Positions 1 to 10,672 are shown, counted from the first letter of the stretch. The stretch: 64,000 nt of DNA from an uncultured Actinomycetes bacterium (GCA_963837155.1 CAWIMB010000001.1:92183-156182), one strand, 5' to 3'. Program-made: numbers and translations. Notes: generated by a model not told the origin, from the sequence alone.

Positions 1-449
1 AGGTCGACATTCGCTCGGTGGCCCAGCGGAAGTAGGCCTTCAGTGTGGAACGCAGGTGTGGGTCGTCCGGCAGGCCCGCGTCATCGAGGGCGAGCGCGAA
101 GCAGGTTTCGCGCGCGTTCGTCCATCTCGACGTGTTCACCGTTGCCTGAGTGCATCCGGACGACGGTGGTCTCGTCGCCGAGCGACTGTGTGTAGTGCGG
201 CGGTCCGCCGAGCGCCTCGGCCCAGTAGGCGGCAAGTCGCTCGGTGTGCTGGGGGTGGTACCCGTGCGAGAACGCGTGGCTCACGACCGAGTCAGCGAGA
301 CAACGCTCGTGCCACGCGTGCGCGAGGTTCACAAAGGCCTGCGTGCCCCCGGCGGCTTCGAAAATCGTCTGCGCCACGAGGCCAGTCTCGCGGATTCGAG
401 TGCGTGGGGGCTGACGGGCGCGCTCCATCAGGGCATTCTGTGCGCCCAC
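1..449 (-). CDS. Bacterial (truncated-haemoglobin-like) globin family protein; runs off the window edge; apparent 1-nt frameshift near 110
   Basis: ORF 81..449 contains ...HAFSHGYHPQHTERLAAYWAEALGGPPHYT...VVRMHSGNGEHVEMDERA and then stops. The adjacent minus-strand frame continues ETCFALALDDAGLPDDPHLRSTLKAYFRWATERMS to position 1. Confidence 0.6.
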
Positions 450-530
450 GCGTGATCGCTCGACGTAGAAGAGTCAAACCGCGTGGAAGAGGACATCGCG
501 GCCGACGATGATGAGTAGTTCAGAACGGAG

Positions 531-1403
531 ATGGTCTTGGTCTCGACGGCGGTGCTCATCACAGGATGTTCGACCGGGATCGGCCGGGCGACCGCCGAAC
601 GTCTCGCGAGGGCTGGCTACGTCGTGTTCGCAACGGCACGGCGACCGGAGACGCTCGATGAACTTGGCCGCTTGGGCTGTCGGACCTTAACGCTCGATGT
701 CACCGACGAAGAATCAATAGTCTCCGCAGTGCGCACGGTTGTCGATGCCGAGGGCGCGGTCGGTGTGCTGGTGAACAACGCGGGTATCGGCGAGTACGGG
801 GCGGTCGAGGAAGCGCCTATCGAATCTCTGCGACGGCAGCTAGAGACAAACGTCATCGGACTGACTCGGCTCACACAACTCGTCCTCCCGCAGATGCGCG
901 CACAGAAATGGGGGCGGATTATCAATGTCGCATCCATCTCGGGCAAAGTCACCTTCCCGTCGACTGCGTACTACAGCGCGTCGAAGTACGCGGTGGAGGC
1001 CATCAGCGACGCACTGCGCTTCGAGGTCCAGCCCTTCGGGGTGACCGTGTCGCTTATCGAACCCGGCCCGATCAAGACAGCCTTCGACGAAGGAGCGTTG
1101 GCTCGTCTCCGGGCCAACACAGTTGGCGGGTCGCCGTACAAGGCGTTTCATGAGAGTTCGGCGAAGGCGATCATCGGCGCGTACGAGGGCGTGATGGGGA
1201 GGCTGGCGGGAAGCCCCGATGACGTTGCCAAGGTGATCGAGAGAGCCGCGTCTTCCAAGCACCCGCGGCCGCGCTATCGCGTCGGCGCGAGCGCAGCCAT
1301 GATGCTCGCTACTCGAAAGCTGCTACCGGATCGCGCCATGGACCTGATCTTGCGGTCCCAGTTCGCTCCCCCAACGAACGACTCCGACGAGAAGGCCTCG
1401 TAG
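531..1403 (+). CDS. Short-chain dehydrogenase/reductase (SDR)
   Basis: ORF 531..1403 has TGCSTGIGRA Rossmann motif, NNAG and YSASK catalytic motif. TTG at 537 is an alternative start with better spacing from GGAG. Confidence 0.85.
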   Translation: MVLVSTAVLITGCSTGIGRATAERLARAGYVVFATARRPETLDELGRLGCRTLTLDVTDEESIVSAVRTVVDAEGAVGVLVNNAGIGEYGAVEEAPIESLRRQLETNVIGLTRLTQLVLPQMRAQKWGRIINVASISGKVTFPSTAYYSASKYAVEAISDALRFEVQPFGVTVSLIEPGPIKTAFDEGALARLRANTVGGSPYKAFHESSAKAIIGAYEGVMGRLAGSPDDVAKVIERAASSKHPRPRYRVGASAAMMLATRKLLPDRAMDLILRSQFAPPTNDSDEKAS

Positions 1404-1429
1404 CGCTAAGCGGTGAGGGTAAGGCGAAG

Positions 1430-2290
1430 ATGCAGGCATCAGAGGTTGCGCGTGCGGTGGCTGCGGCCGTGTCGACCGCCTCAGGGCTTGACCTGACCGT
1501 CGACGACGCGAAGGTTCTTCACAACTCGAACAAGCTCGCACTCCGCCTGCTGCCGTGTGACGTCTTTGCCCGAGTCGCACATGTTGGGCATGAGGTTGCA
1601 GAGCTCGAAATCGAGCTTGCGCTACGGCTCGCCGAAACCGAGAGCCCGGTGGCGGCTCTGGAGCCGCGAGTGGAGCCGCGCGTCTACGAGCGTGACGGCT
1701 TCGTGGTGACGCTGTGGACCTACTACGAATCGCTTGCACCTCCCGACGTCTCACCATCCGACTACGCGAATGCGCTCGAGCGGCTGCATGTCGGCATGCG
1801 GAACATCGATGTCTCGACGCCGCACTTCACGGATCGAGTCGCGGAGGCTCAACAACTCGTTGCGAGCCGCGACTGCACTCCGGCGCTCGCCGACGCGGAC
1901 CGGGAGCTTCTCAGCCACACGTTGCGAAGCCGGAGACGAGCGATCGGCGACCGCGGCGCTCAGGAGCAGCTGCTACACGGCGAGCCGCACCCAGGCAACG
2001 TGCTCAGCACGAAGAACGGGCCGGTGTTCATCGACCTCGAGACCTGTTGTCGCGGGCCTGTCGAATTCGACCTCGCCCACGTCCCCGATGAGGTCAGCGA
2101 CCGCTACCCGGACGCTGATCAGGAACTGCTCCGCGAGTGCCGGATCCTGGTTCTTGCGATGGTCGCCGCGTGGCGGTGCGATCCAACCGACCAACTCCCG
2201 AACGGGCAACGAGCGAAGCGAGAACTCCTCAATGCCCTACGCAACGGTCCGCCGTACCCGGCGCTCGACGCCGTGATGGGCGCCGAATAG
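1430..2290 (+). CDS. Aminoglycoside/choline-kinase-type phosphotransferase (APH family)
   Basis: ORF 1430..2290 has LLHGEPHPGNVL (Brenner-type HGDxHxxN) and FIDLETCCRGPVEFDLAH motifs. Confidence 0.75.
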   Translation: MQASEVARAVAAAVSTASGLDLTVDDAKVLHNSNKLALRLLPCDVFARVAHVGHEVAELEIELALRLAETESPVAALEPRVEPRVYERDGFVVTLWTYYESLAPPDVSPSDYANALERLHVGMRNIDVSTPHFTDRVAEAQQLVASRDCTPALADADRELLSHTLRSRRRAIGDRGAQEQLLHGEPHPGNVLSTKNGPVFIDLETCCRGPVEFDLAHVPDEVSDRYPDADQELLRECRILVLAMVAAWRCDPTDQLPNGQRAKRELLNALRNGPPYPALDAVMGAE

Positions 2291-2338
2291 GCGCGACGTG
2301 CGCACCGGCCGATCGGCACACGCACAATCGTACGCGAG

Positions 2339-2412
2339 AGCCGGATGTCGGACTCGAACCGACGACCTGCTGATTACAAATCAGCTGCTCTGGCCAACTG
2401 AGCTAATCCGGC
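2339..2412 (-). tRNA. tRNA-Thr (anticodon UGU)
   Basis: Minus strand reads GCCGGATTAGCTCAGTTGG...; anticodon stem GCTGA/TCAGC with loop TTTGTAA; T-arm GGTTCGAGTCC; acceptor 3' strand ATCCGGC. No encoded CCA. Confidence 0.9.
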
Positions 2413-2531
2413 AATCCGGCAATCCAGCGCGGCAGCAGCCTGTGAGCCCGCTATCGAGGGATTGCGACCGGTCATTCTAGAACCTGGGGAATTGCCTGTG
2501 CAGCAGGGCGGTCGCATAGGGTGCCCGGCTC

Positions 2532-4860
2532 ATGGAAGGTCGGCCGCGCGTGCGCGTGCTGCTCGCGGTCGGACTCGTCAGTGGGTGCGTCCTGGCACTG
2601 CAGGTTGTCTTCACGCGCCTGCTGTCGGCCATCGTCTCCTATCACTTCAGCTTTCTCGCGATCTCTCGCGCTGCTCGGCACTGGCGTCGGCTCGCTGATT
2701 GTCTACATCCGCCCGCAATGGTTCGAACGATTACCGTTGGAGCGCACGCTCGCTCGCTGGTCGTCAGCATTCGCGCTGCTTCTCGTCGCGTTGCCGTTCG
2801 TACTCGTCCACCTGAACCTCAACGACATCGATGGCGTCGACTTCGCGTTCAGTGTGAACCTGGCGATCGCCTGCGTGGTCATTGCCATTCCGGCCACCGC
2901 TGCCGGCACCGTGATCGCGCTCGCGATCCGCGGATACGCGCACTCGGTCGGGCGGGTGTACGCGTTCGACCTCGTCGGCGCCGCGCTTGGTGCGCTCCTG
3001 GTGGTGCCGCTGCTGCGCTTCCCGGCGCCCAACCTCATCGTCTTCCTTGGAGTGGTCGCGGCGCTCGCCGCGGCACTGTTCGCCGGCACGGCACCGGCCG
3101 AACGGACGATCACCATCGGCACGACGGTCGTTGCCGTCGCGATGTTGTTGGTCGCGGGAGCGACATCCTTGCTCTATGTGCCCGGCCACTACGGCTATCC
3201 CGCCGGGTCAACCCGCGTCACCGACCGGTGGGGTCCGCTCGCTCGTGTCCAGGCGTACGCGTTCCCCGGCCCCGGAACCGGCGCGGTGTACTACGACCGA
3301 GTGTTCGCGCCGGTATGGGGACCCGTCGACGGCCAACTCCCGACCTGGCAGACGATGACCACCGGCGCGCAGAGCATCGGATACGAGTTGCGGCCGAACG
3401 CCAATGTGCTCGTGATCGGTGGTGGAGGCGGCCGCGACATCTACACCGCGTTGTCGGGCGGTGCCCGCCACGTCGACGTCATCGAGCTCAACAGCATCAT
3501 TCGCGACGCCGTCGACGACGACCTCGCCGAGAAATCGGGACATCCGTACTCGCGCGACAAGGTGAAAACGTCGATCGGCGACGGCCGATCCGTGCTGGCC
3601 GGCCGCGACACCAAGTACGACGTCATCCATATCGGCTTCACCGACACGCTCAGTGCGAACGCCGCCGCCGGGTTCGCCCTCACCGAGAACAACCTGTACA
3701 CCACCGAAGCGTTCGACGAATACTTCGACCATCTTGCGGACGGAGGGATCCTCAGCGTCTCGCGACTCGACAAGTTGGTAGGAGACGAATCGATTCGCGC
3801 CACGGTGCTCACGCTCGCCGCACTCGAGAAGCGCGGCATCAAGGATCCGGAGCGGCACATCGTCGTGGTGCGCGGCCTCGATCTGTTCGGCGCAACGTAC
3901 GGCACGACGTTCGCGCGGCTGACGCCGTTCACGCGCGACGAGGTCGCGCGCATCGAGACGCTCGCCAAGAAGCGCGGGCGCGGAGTCGCGTTCGCGGCGG
4001 GAGGTCCCTACCAGGATGCCTGGGCCGAGCTCGCACATGCCGGCAGCTGGCAGAACTTCTGCCACAACTACACGCTGAACGTCTGCCCGCCGACCGACGA
4101 CAAGCCGTTCTTCTTCAACATGCGACGCCTGTCGGACATTGGGTCGGAACGTAGCGGCTACTCCTACTCGATTGATCCCACCGACCTGCTCCTGCTGACA
4201 CTCGGTGTCCTCTTGGTGCTGTCGGTCATCGGATTCCTGCTCCCGCTGCCCTTCGGTCCGGGCTCGCAGAGCCGGCCCCGCCTGTCATCGTTGCTGTACT
4301 TCGCGGCGATCGGTCTCGGCTTCCTCGTGCTCGAGATCGTGCTCATACAACGGTTCGTCTTGTTCCTCGGTTTTCCGACGTACGCGCTCTCGATCGTGCT
4401 GTTCTCGCTGTTGCTGTTTACCGGGCTCGGCTCATATCTTTCATCACGCTTCACGCAAGATCGTCGGCTGCTCACCACGACGCTGACGGTCGCGGTCGCC
4501 CTGATCATCGTCTCCGCGTTCGCGCTCCAACCGATCTTGCGAAATCTGATCGACCTGCCGTTCACAGCCAGGGTCGCGGTGGCGATCGCACTCATCGGCC
4601 CGTTCGGCGTCGTGCTCGGCGTCCCGATGCCGCTCGGCCTGCGGCGCCTGCAACAGCTTTACCCCGACGGAATCGCATGGGCGTGGGGCGTGAACGGCAT
4701 CTCGTCCGTCCTCGCATCGGTGCTCGGTGTTGCCATCGCGGTGTTCTACGGATTCCCCGTGGCGACGCTCGTGGCGGCGGCGTGCTACGCGTTTGCGCTC
4801 GGCCACGTCCTCATCGGTCGGTGGCCGGCCGCCGCGGCCGCGCCCGCGCCCGAGACCTGA
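2532..4860 (+). CDS. Polytopic membrane protein with central spermidine-synthase-like methyltransferase fold; apparent 1-nt frameshift near 2660
   Basis: The N-terminus is in frame 2532 (RVRVLLAVGLVSGCVLALQVVFTRLLSAIVSYHFSFLAIS). It continues in frame 2521 (LALLGTGVGSLIVY...). VLVIGGGGGRDIYTAL...VDVIELN is an AdoMet/SpeE-type motif. Many TM segments lie on both sides. Length is 2329 nt (3n+1). Confidence 0.75.
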
Positions 4861-4888
4861 CCTGCACGCAGCGGCGAACCCTGCCCAT

Positions 4889-5632
4889 CTACGCGTGACG
4901 CCGGCGCGCGACTTCGTGGCACGCGAGCGTCGCGGCGGCGCCGACATTCAGCGACGGCAGCGTGCCGTACATCGGGATGCGCACGAGTACGGCGCAGCGC
5001 GCCCGCGTCAGCCGGCCCAAGCCGCGGCCCTCAGCGCCGAGCACGAGCATGACGCGCTGGTCGGCGACGCCGAACTCCGACAGCGGCGTGTCGCCGTGTT
5101 CATCGAGCCCGACCGTCCACACGCCGGCCCGCTGCGCGCGTTCGAGCGCGTTCGGGATCCCGCCCACGAGCGCGATCGGCAGGTACTCGATCGCACCGGC
5201 GGCCGCCTTCGTGACCGCCGGAGTGACGTGCGCGGCCCGGTGGCGTCCGACGACGATGCCGGTCGCACCGGCGGTCTCTGCCGAGCGCATGATCGCCCCG
5301 AAGTTCCGAGGATCGGTGACACCGTCGACGGCGACGAGAAACGCATCGTCGGCGGCGCACAGCTCGTCGAGATCGGCCGATCGCAACGGCGACGCGAGCG
5401 CGACGACACCCTGCGGTGCGTCAGTACGCGCCAGCTTCTCCAGCCGTTCGGGTGGGACGACGCGCACCTTGCTGCCTGCGAGGTCGGCGATCGCGGCCAC
5501 CGCCGGATCCTGCGCGGCGCTGCTCGACACATAGACCGTACGGATCGGGCGACGGCCGGCGCGCAGCAACTCGTGCACGGCGCGGCGGCCCTCGACCTGG
5601 TCGCCGCCGACCCCCGAATCAGCCTTCGTCAT
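4889..5632 (-). CDS. rlmB: 23S rRNA (guanosine-2'-O)-methyltransferase RlmB (SpoU/TrmH family)
   Basis: ORF 4889..5893 has VDGVTDPRNFGAIMRSAETAGATGIVV and LVLGAEGRGL...IPMYGTLPSLNVGAAATL motifs. The start is placed at ATG 5632 (MTKADSG), overlapping the cysS stop by 14 nt. Confidence 0.85.
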   Translation of the reverse strand: MTKADSGVGGDQVEGRRAVHELLRAGRRPIRTVYVSSSAAQDPAVAAIADLAGSKVRVVPPERLEKLARTDAPQGVVALASPLRSADLDELCAADDAFLVAVDGVTDPRNFGAIMRSAETAGATGIVVGRHRAAHVTPAVTKAAAGAIEYLPIALVGGIPNALERAQRAGVWTVGLDEHGDTPLSEFGVADQRVMLVLGAEGRGLGRLTRARCAVLVRIPMYGTLPSLNVGAAATLACHEVARRRHA

Positions 5633-6998
5633 CGGGTCGGAGTCGCCGCCACACCGTTCCTCCGGGCGTGTCTTCGAGCACGATGCCCTGTGCGCGCAGC
5701 TCGTCGCGCAGGCGGTCGGCCTCCGCCCAGTCCTTGCGCTCGCGCGCTTCGTCGCGTTGCGCGACGAGCGAGCGGATCTCATCGTCGAGCTCTTCGTCGT
5801 CGTCGAGCCACGTGAGACCCAACGCACTCCAGAGCTCGCGCACCGTTGCCGCAAGCCGGGCCGCGTCGTCGGTGCGGTTCTCGTCGAGTGCAATGTTCGC
5901 GTCGCGTACGAGCTCGAAGACGAAGGCGAGCGCGGCCGGAGTGTCGAAATCGTCGTCCATCGCGTCGCGAAACACCGACGTGTCGACGAGATCCGCAGCC
6001 GGCAACTCGGCCCGACGGACGCGCCGCATCAACGTGTCGACACGCTCCACCGCCTTGTCGGCGTCGGCAAGCTCCTTGTCGCCGAGCTCCATCTGCCGGT
6101 GGTAGTGCGTCTGGAGGACGAGCAAGCGGAACGCGCGCGGATCGAACTCGTCGAGCACATCCTCGAGCGTCGTGAAGTTGCCGAGCGACTTCGACATCTT
6201 CTCGCCGTCGACGTTCACCATCGCCGAGTGCAGCCAGTAGCGTGCGAACACGTGGCCCGCGGCTTCGGCCTGCGCGATCTCGTTCTCGTGGTGCGGGAAC
6301 TCGAGGTCGGTCCCGCCGCCGTGGATGTCGAAACCGTCGCCGAGGATGTCGAGCGACATCGCAGAGCACTCGATGTGCCAGCCCGGTCGTCCCGGGCCCC
6401 ACGGCGAGTCCCACTGCGGCTCGCCGGGCTTCGCGGCCTTCCACAGCGCGAAATCGATCGGTGAGCGCTTCCGTTCGTTGACTTCGACGCGCGCCCCCGC
6501 GCTCTCGCGCAACTCGTCGATCGTGCGGTGCGACAGCTTGCCGTACTCCGGGAACGTGTCGACCTGGAAGTACACGCCCTGGCCCTCGACAACGTACGCG
6601 CTCCCCTTCGCGATCAGCTCCGCGATCAGTGCCTGCATCTGCGGAATGAACTCGGTCGCCCGCGGCATGTCGTCTGGCGGTGTGACGTTGAGCCGCGACA
6701 TCTGCTGCCAGTAGTCGGCTTCGTACGTTCGCGCGAGCTCGGACTCGGTCGTTGCTCGTTCGGCGGCCCGGGCGATGATGCGATCCTCGACGTCGGTGAT
6801 GTTGGTGACGTACGCGACGTCGAGGCCCGACCAGATGAGGTAACGCCGGATCGTGTCGAACACCACCGCGGTACGACCGTGGCCCAGGTGCGGCACGTCG
6901 TAGGGCGTCGGTCCGCACACGTACATCGACACCTGGCCTTCGATGCGCGGGATGAACTCGACCTTTGCGCGTCGCGCCGTGTCCTGGATGCGAAGCAC
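5619..6998 (-). CDS. cysS: Cysteine--tRNA ligase
   Basis: ORF 5619..6998 has the class I HIGH-type motif (HLGHGRT) and KMSKS (KMSKSLGN). Confidence 0.95.
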   Translation of the reverse strand: MLRIQDTARRAKVEFIPRIEGQVSMYVCGPTPYDVPHLGHGRTAVVFDTIRRYLIWSGLDVAYVTNITDVEDRIIARAAERATTESELARTYEADYWQQMSRLNVTPPDDMPRATEFIPQMQALIAELIAKGSAYVVEGQGVYFQVDTFPEYGKLSHRTIDELRESAGARVEVNERKRSPIDFALWKAAKPGEPQWDSPWGPGRPGWHIECSAMSLDILGDGFDIHGGGTDLEFPHHENEIAQAEAAGHVFARYWLHSAMVNVDGEKMSKSLGNFTTLEDVLDEFDPRAFRLLVLQTHYHRQMELGDKELADADKAVERVDTLMRRVRRAELPAADLVDTSVFRDAMDDDFDTPAALAFVFELVRDANIALDENRTDDAARLAATVRELWSALGLTWLDDDEELDDEIRSLVAQRDEARERKDWAEADRLRDELRAQGIVLEDTPGGTVWRRLRPDDEG

Positions 6999-7039
6999 CG
7001 GGAGAGGCTACTCAGCGCCCAGTGCCTCCCTCGCGGGAA

Positions 7040-7516
7040 TCAGCTCAGCGCGGCTGCGAGGCGGTCCTTGGCCCGGGACGCCAGCGACTTCACCGTGCCG
7101 GGCGCGCAGCCCATGACCTCGGCGATCTCGACCTCGGAAAGATCGGCCCAGTAGCGAAGCCGAACGACGGTCTGCTGCCGGGTCGGCAAAGCCGCGACGA
7201 TGTCGTCGAGCTCGCCCGGCGCGAGCGCCTCACTCGCACCGGACACGAGCCCGGGCAGGTGGTCAGCCTCGACCTTGCGCCGCCGGTGGTACGACCGGCA
7301 GCCGTTCACGATCGCCACCCGCAGGTAGGCGCCGGGTTGATCCGCTGCGCCCCACGTGCAGTACATGCGCTGGAAGACGTCCTGGGCGATGTCCTCACCG
7401 GCCGCCGCGCTGCCCGCAACCGAGGCGGCGAGCCGCGTTGCGGCGTGCCAGTTGCTCCGGTAGAAGGCTTCGAAGTCGGCGAGCGCCGAGCACTCGTCCA
7501 ATGTCGCTGTCGACAT
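7040..7516 (-). CDS. ECF-type RNA polymerase sigma-70 factor
   Basis: ORF 7040..7600 has region 2 (DIAQDVFQRMY...YLRVAIVNGCRSYHRR) and region 4 HTH (LRYWADLSEVEIAEVMGCAPGTVKSLASRA). ATG 7516 is preceded by GGGAGAA. Confidence 0.85.
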   Translation of the reverse strand: MSTATLDECSALADFEAFYRSNWHAATRLAASVAGSAAAGEDIAQDVFQRMYCTWGAADQPGAYLRVAIVNGCRSYHRRRKVEADHLPGLVSGASEALAPGELDDIVAALPTRQQTVVRLRYWADLSEVEIAEVMGCAPGTVKSLASRAKDRLAAALS

Positions 7517-7596
7517 GCAGTGGTTCTCCCGCCCGAGATCCCTGACAAGGGAAACGAATCGTAACAAGTGCACGAACGGGGCGGAGGTGACGTTCG

Positions 7597-8088
7597 TCAC
7601 CCTCGGGAAAGCAGTGCAACCGCCCAGACTGCGACGCCTTCAGCTCGTCCGATGGCCCCGAGGCCCTCGCCCCGCTTGGGCCGGACGGCGGCACCGATCC
7701 CGTGACCCATCGGCTCCCGGGCCGGCGCGAGGACCGCGACGAGGTTGGCGGCCATCGCTTCCACGTGCGGTCCGAGCGTCGGCTTCTCGGCCGCGATCAC
7801 CACGTCGACGTTCTCGATCCACCACTTCTTCTGCGCGAGCCGGCGCGCGACTTCGGCGAGCAACGCCATCGAATCGGCGTCGCGGAACTTTTCATCGGTC
7901 GCGGGAAACAACGTGCCGAGGTCGGGCAGGCCGGCTGGTCCGAGCAACGCGTCGGCGACCGCGTGGGCCACCGCGTCCCCGTCGGAGTGACCGGCGAGCC
8001 GGGCCGTGTCTTCGATACGGACCCCGCCCAACACCAGCGGCGGATCGGCGCCGAACGGGTGGACATCGAAGCCGAGCCCGACGCGCAT
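7597..8088 (-). CDS. ispF: 2-C-methyl-D-erythritol 2,4-cyclodiphosphate synthase
   Basis: ORF 7597..8094 has MRVGLGFDVHPF...GHSDGDAVAHAVADALLG...FPATDEKFRDADS. ATG 8088 is chosen; GTG 8094 is the alternative. Confidence 0.95.
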   Translation of the reverse strand: MRVGLGFDVHPFGADPPLVLGGVRIEDTARLAGHSDGDAVAHAVADALLGPAGLPDLGTLFPATDEKFRDADSMALLAEVARRLAQKKWWIENVDVVIAAEKPTLGPHVEAMAANLVAVLAPAREPMGHGIGAAVRPKRGEGLGAIGRAEGVAVWAVALLSRG

Positions 8089-8090
8089 TC

Positions 8091-8729
8091 TCACGGGCGC
8101 CCGCCTTCGATCAGCGTCTGCGCGAGTTCGAGGTCGTCGGCGAGCGTGAGCTTGAGGTTGCGGCGCTCCCCGTCGACGACCACGACCTTGCCGCCCGCGC
8201 CTTCGACGAGCGCGGCATCGTCGGTGTCGACGCCCTCGCCTCCGTGCGCGGCGCGCAACGCTCCGGCGCGAAAGGCTTGCGGTGTCTGGACTGCCACCAA
8301 CCCGTCACGGGGCACCGTCTCCACGACGTCATGCCCGCTCACCCGCTTGAGCGTGTCGACAACGGGAATGGCCGGCACGGCGGCGTCGGCGCCTTCCCTG
8401 ATCGCGTCGATGACACTCGCGAAGAGCCGGCGGGACGCGAGAGGCCGAGCGGCGTCGTGCACGACCACGACATCGGCGGACTTGGGCACACACGCGAGTC
8501 CGGCGCGCACCGACGCGGACCGGGTCGCGCCGCCCGTTGCGGTGCGGACTCCGGCCGGGGCGTCCCAGGTCGCGCCGGCAGCGAGCACGACGACGACGCC
8601 GTCACACGACTCTCGGGCCGTACCAACGGCACGGTCGAGCACCGTGGCGCCGCCCAAGCGTGCGAACTGCTTCGCGCCGCCGAAGCGCGTGCCACCTCCG
8701 GCCGCAACGACGATCGCCCAGGTCTCCAC
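8091..8729 (-). CDS. ispD: 2-C-methyl-D-erythritol 4-phosphate cytidylyltransferase
   Basis: This is the C-terminal part of ORF 8091..9797: VETWAIVVAAGGGTRFGGAKQF...VVVHDAARPL...VQTPQAF. The start is a GTG at 8729, just downstream of the yacL-like stop. Confidence 0.9.
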   Translation of the reverse strand: METWAIVVAAGGGTRFGGAKQFARLGGATVLDRAVGTARESCDGVVVVLAAGATWDAPAGVRTATGGATRSASVRAGLACVPKSADVVVVHDAARPLASRRLFASVIDAIREGADAAVPAIPVVDTLKRVSGHDVVETVPRDGLVAVQTPQAFRAGALRAAHGGEGVDTDDAALVEGAGGKVVVVDGERRNLKLTLADDLELAQTLIEGGRP

Positions 8730-8749
8730 GCTGCCAGTCTGGCAGGTGA

Positions 8750-9797
8750 CTAATTCTCGAGGCGCGCGAAGAGCAGACGGCCGGCGGAGGTCGGGACGAC
8801 CGAGGTCACCTGCAGCATCACCTCGGGACCGCCAACGAGCTCGCGGCCGCCGTTCACGACGACCATGGATCCGTCGTCGAGGTGGCCGACGCCCTGGCCG
8901 TCTTCCTTGCCTTCCCGCGTGAGCGACACGCGTACGTAGTCGCCGGGCCCGATCGACGGCGTGAGTTCCTGCGCGAGCTTGCGAAGGTTGCACGTCGGTA
9001 CGCCCTGCAGCTCGGCATTCGCGCGCAAGCGGACCGTCGTTGGTGAGCATCCGCAGTTGAAGACGGCACGCGAGCGCGATCAACTTCGCGTCGACCTCGT
9101 TGTGCTCCGGCACTTCGTCGTCGAGGACGAACAGGCGCACGTTGCCTTCGTTGCGCAGCGCTTCCAGGGTCTCGAGGCCGCGCCGGGCCCGCCGGCGCTT
9201 CACGTCGTCGCTGGCGTCGGCGAAGCCTTGGAGCTCGTCGAGCACGAACCGCGCCACCATCAAGTCACCGCCGAGCACACGCGACCGGGTGAGCGGGAGC
9301 AGCTGGCCGTCCATGACCACCGACGTGTCGACGAGCACGCCGTCGCGCGTGTCGAAGGCCTGCGCACGTACGAGCGGCCGGGTCGACAACCCGAGCATCT
9401 CGAGCACCGCTTCGGCCTGGTACGCGACGATCCGGTAGCCGGCCCAGGCGAGCACCCAGGCGGCAAGGGCGACGATCGACACTGCGAGGCGAGTATCGAG
9501 GAGGAGCGCGAACGGCACGACCAGTACGAGCGCCAGCGCGGACCCGGCGATTGCGCCCAGCGTGCCGGCGACGAGCCGAGCGGGCGACCGCCGGTCGACC
9601 CTGCGCTCGACTGCGCCCAGCGCCCCGTCGAGGAGGCGGCCGAGCACGCCACCGGCCACGTAGCCGAGCAGGCAGCCGAGCATGCCCCCGACGCCCTGGG
9701 CTTCGGTCCCGAGCCGCCGGGCCAGCCAGAAGCCCGCGGCCGTGCCCAGCACGGCGACGAGGAGGCGGACGCCTTCAACGAACATCCGCCTCTGCAT
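8750..9797 (-). CDS. PIN/TRAM domain membrane protein (YacL-like); apparent 1-nt frameshift near 9025
   Basis: The N-terminal TM and PIN part is in frame 9797 (...LIALACRLQLRMLTNDGPLA). The TRAM part is in ORF 8750..9028 (RANAELQGVPTCNLRKLAQEL...VSLTREGKEDGQGVGHLDDGSMVVV). Length is 1048 nt (3n+1). Confidence 0.8.
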
Positions 9798-9871
9798 CGG
9801 CCTGCATGGCGGCTGCTTGACCGAGCCGAGAGGAGACCCTCAGGCCGGGCCAACATCGAGCCGATGGTGGA

Positions 9872-9887
9872 TGTGACCTGCGACACA
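9872..9887. promoter_or_regulatory. Candidate CRP/FNR-type operator (TGTGACCTGCGACACA)
   Basis: The site has GTG-N8-CAC symmetry and matches 9/10 half-site positions of TGTGA-N6-TCACA. It lies 58 nt upstream of the crp-like ATG in a divergent intergenic region. Confidence 0.35.
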
Positions 9888-9944
9888 CACGGGCGGTTCC
9901 GAGGCGGGCTCGGATAGCCTCCCGCGAACAAGGACCGGCGCGAC

Positions 9945-10613
9945 ATGGCGGCACGTACGCCCGTGCTCGACAAGACCGACCTCTTCGGCACCCTCCCCCC
10001 GGAGCTGCTCGAGCAGCTGCGAGGACGGACCGCGCTCGCGCGGTACCGCCGCGGCGACCCGATCTTCGAGAAGGGCGACCCGGCGACCCATCTCTACGTG
10101 GTGTTCTCGGGTCGCATCGCGATCGTCGCCAGAGCATCCGATGGCCGCGAGTCCGTGCTCACCGTTCTCGGGCCGGGCGCGCTCTTCGGCGAGATGTCGA
10201 TGTTCGACGGCGGTGTGCGTTCGGCGAATGCCCGGGCGCTCACGACCGTCCACCTGATCGCCGTCGAGTTCGACGACGTGCGCGACGTGCTGTCCCACCG
10301 CCCCGAGGTGCTGTGGGCGGTCGTGCGGATCCTCGCCCGCCGCCTGCGCGCGACCGACGAGGCGCTCGCGGACGCGATGTTCCTCGACGTGACCGGGCGC
10401 ACCGCCAAGCGTCTGCTCGAGCTCGCCGACGGCGAGGACGAGTTCCGCATGCCGCTCACCCAAGAGGAGCTGGCCGGGATGGTCGGCGCGTCACGCGAGC
10501 GGGTGAACAAGGCGATCGCGCTGTTCGTGAAGCTGGGCTGGCTCGAGATCTCCGGCCGCAGCCGCTACCGCATCGTCAACCGCGACGAGCTCGAAATCCG
10601 CGCGACCATCTAA
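9945..10613 (+). CDS. crp: Crp/Fnr family transcriptional regulator (cNMP-binding + HTH)
   Basis: ORF 9945..10613 has a cNMP-binding fold (IFEKGDPATHLYVVFSGRIAI...FGEMSMFDG) and a C-terminal HTH (LTQEELAGMVGASRERVNKAI). Confidence 0.9.
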   Translation: MAARTPVLDKTDLFGTLPPELLEQLRGRTALARYRRGDPIFEKGDPATHLYVVFSGRIAIVARASDGRESVLTVLGPGALFGEMSMFDGGVRSANARALTTVHLIAVEFDDVRDVLSHRPEVLWAVVRILARRLRATDEALADAMFLDVTGRTAKRLLELADGEDEFRMPLTQEELAGMVGASRERVNKAIALFVKLGWLEISGRSRYRIVNRDELEIRATI

Positions 10614-10622
10614 CCAACTGTT

Positions 10623-10659
10623 GGCAGCGTTTCCCGCGCATAGCGCGGTTTTCGCTGCC
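10623..10659. terminator. Intrinsic terminator-like hairpin between convergent genes
   Basis: Inner stem CCGCGC/GCGCGG (10634-10639 / 10643-10648) is followed by TTTT. Outer stem is GGCAGCG/CGCTGCC. Confidence 0.55.
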
Positions 10660-10672
10660 ATCTGTTGGTGGC

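Noticed and set aside
2405-2425. AATCCGGC-AATCCGGC-AATCC micro-duplication at the 5' end of tRNA-Thr(UGU)
   Set aside because: It is real in the sequence, but only the tRNA-proximal copy gives a correct cloverleaf. It is most simply a slippage duplication in the leader, with no evident function.
8091-9797. 568-aa ORF that looks like a PIN-domain/IspD fusion protein
   Set aside because: The middle ~110 residues are Arg/Pro-rich nonsense. The TRAM domain that should follow the PIN domain is in another frame (ORF 8750..9028), and IspD has its own GTG start at 8729. The fusion is an artefact of a 1-nt frame change near 9025.
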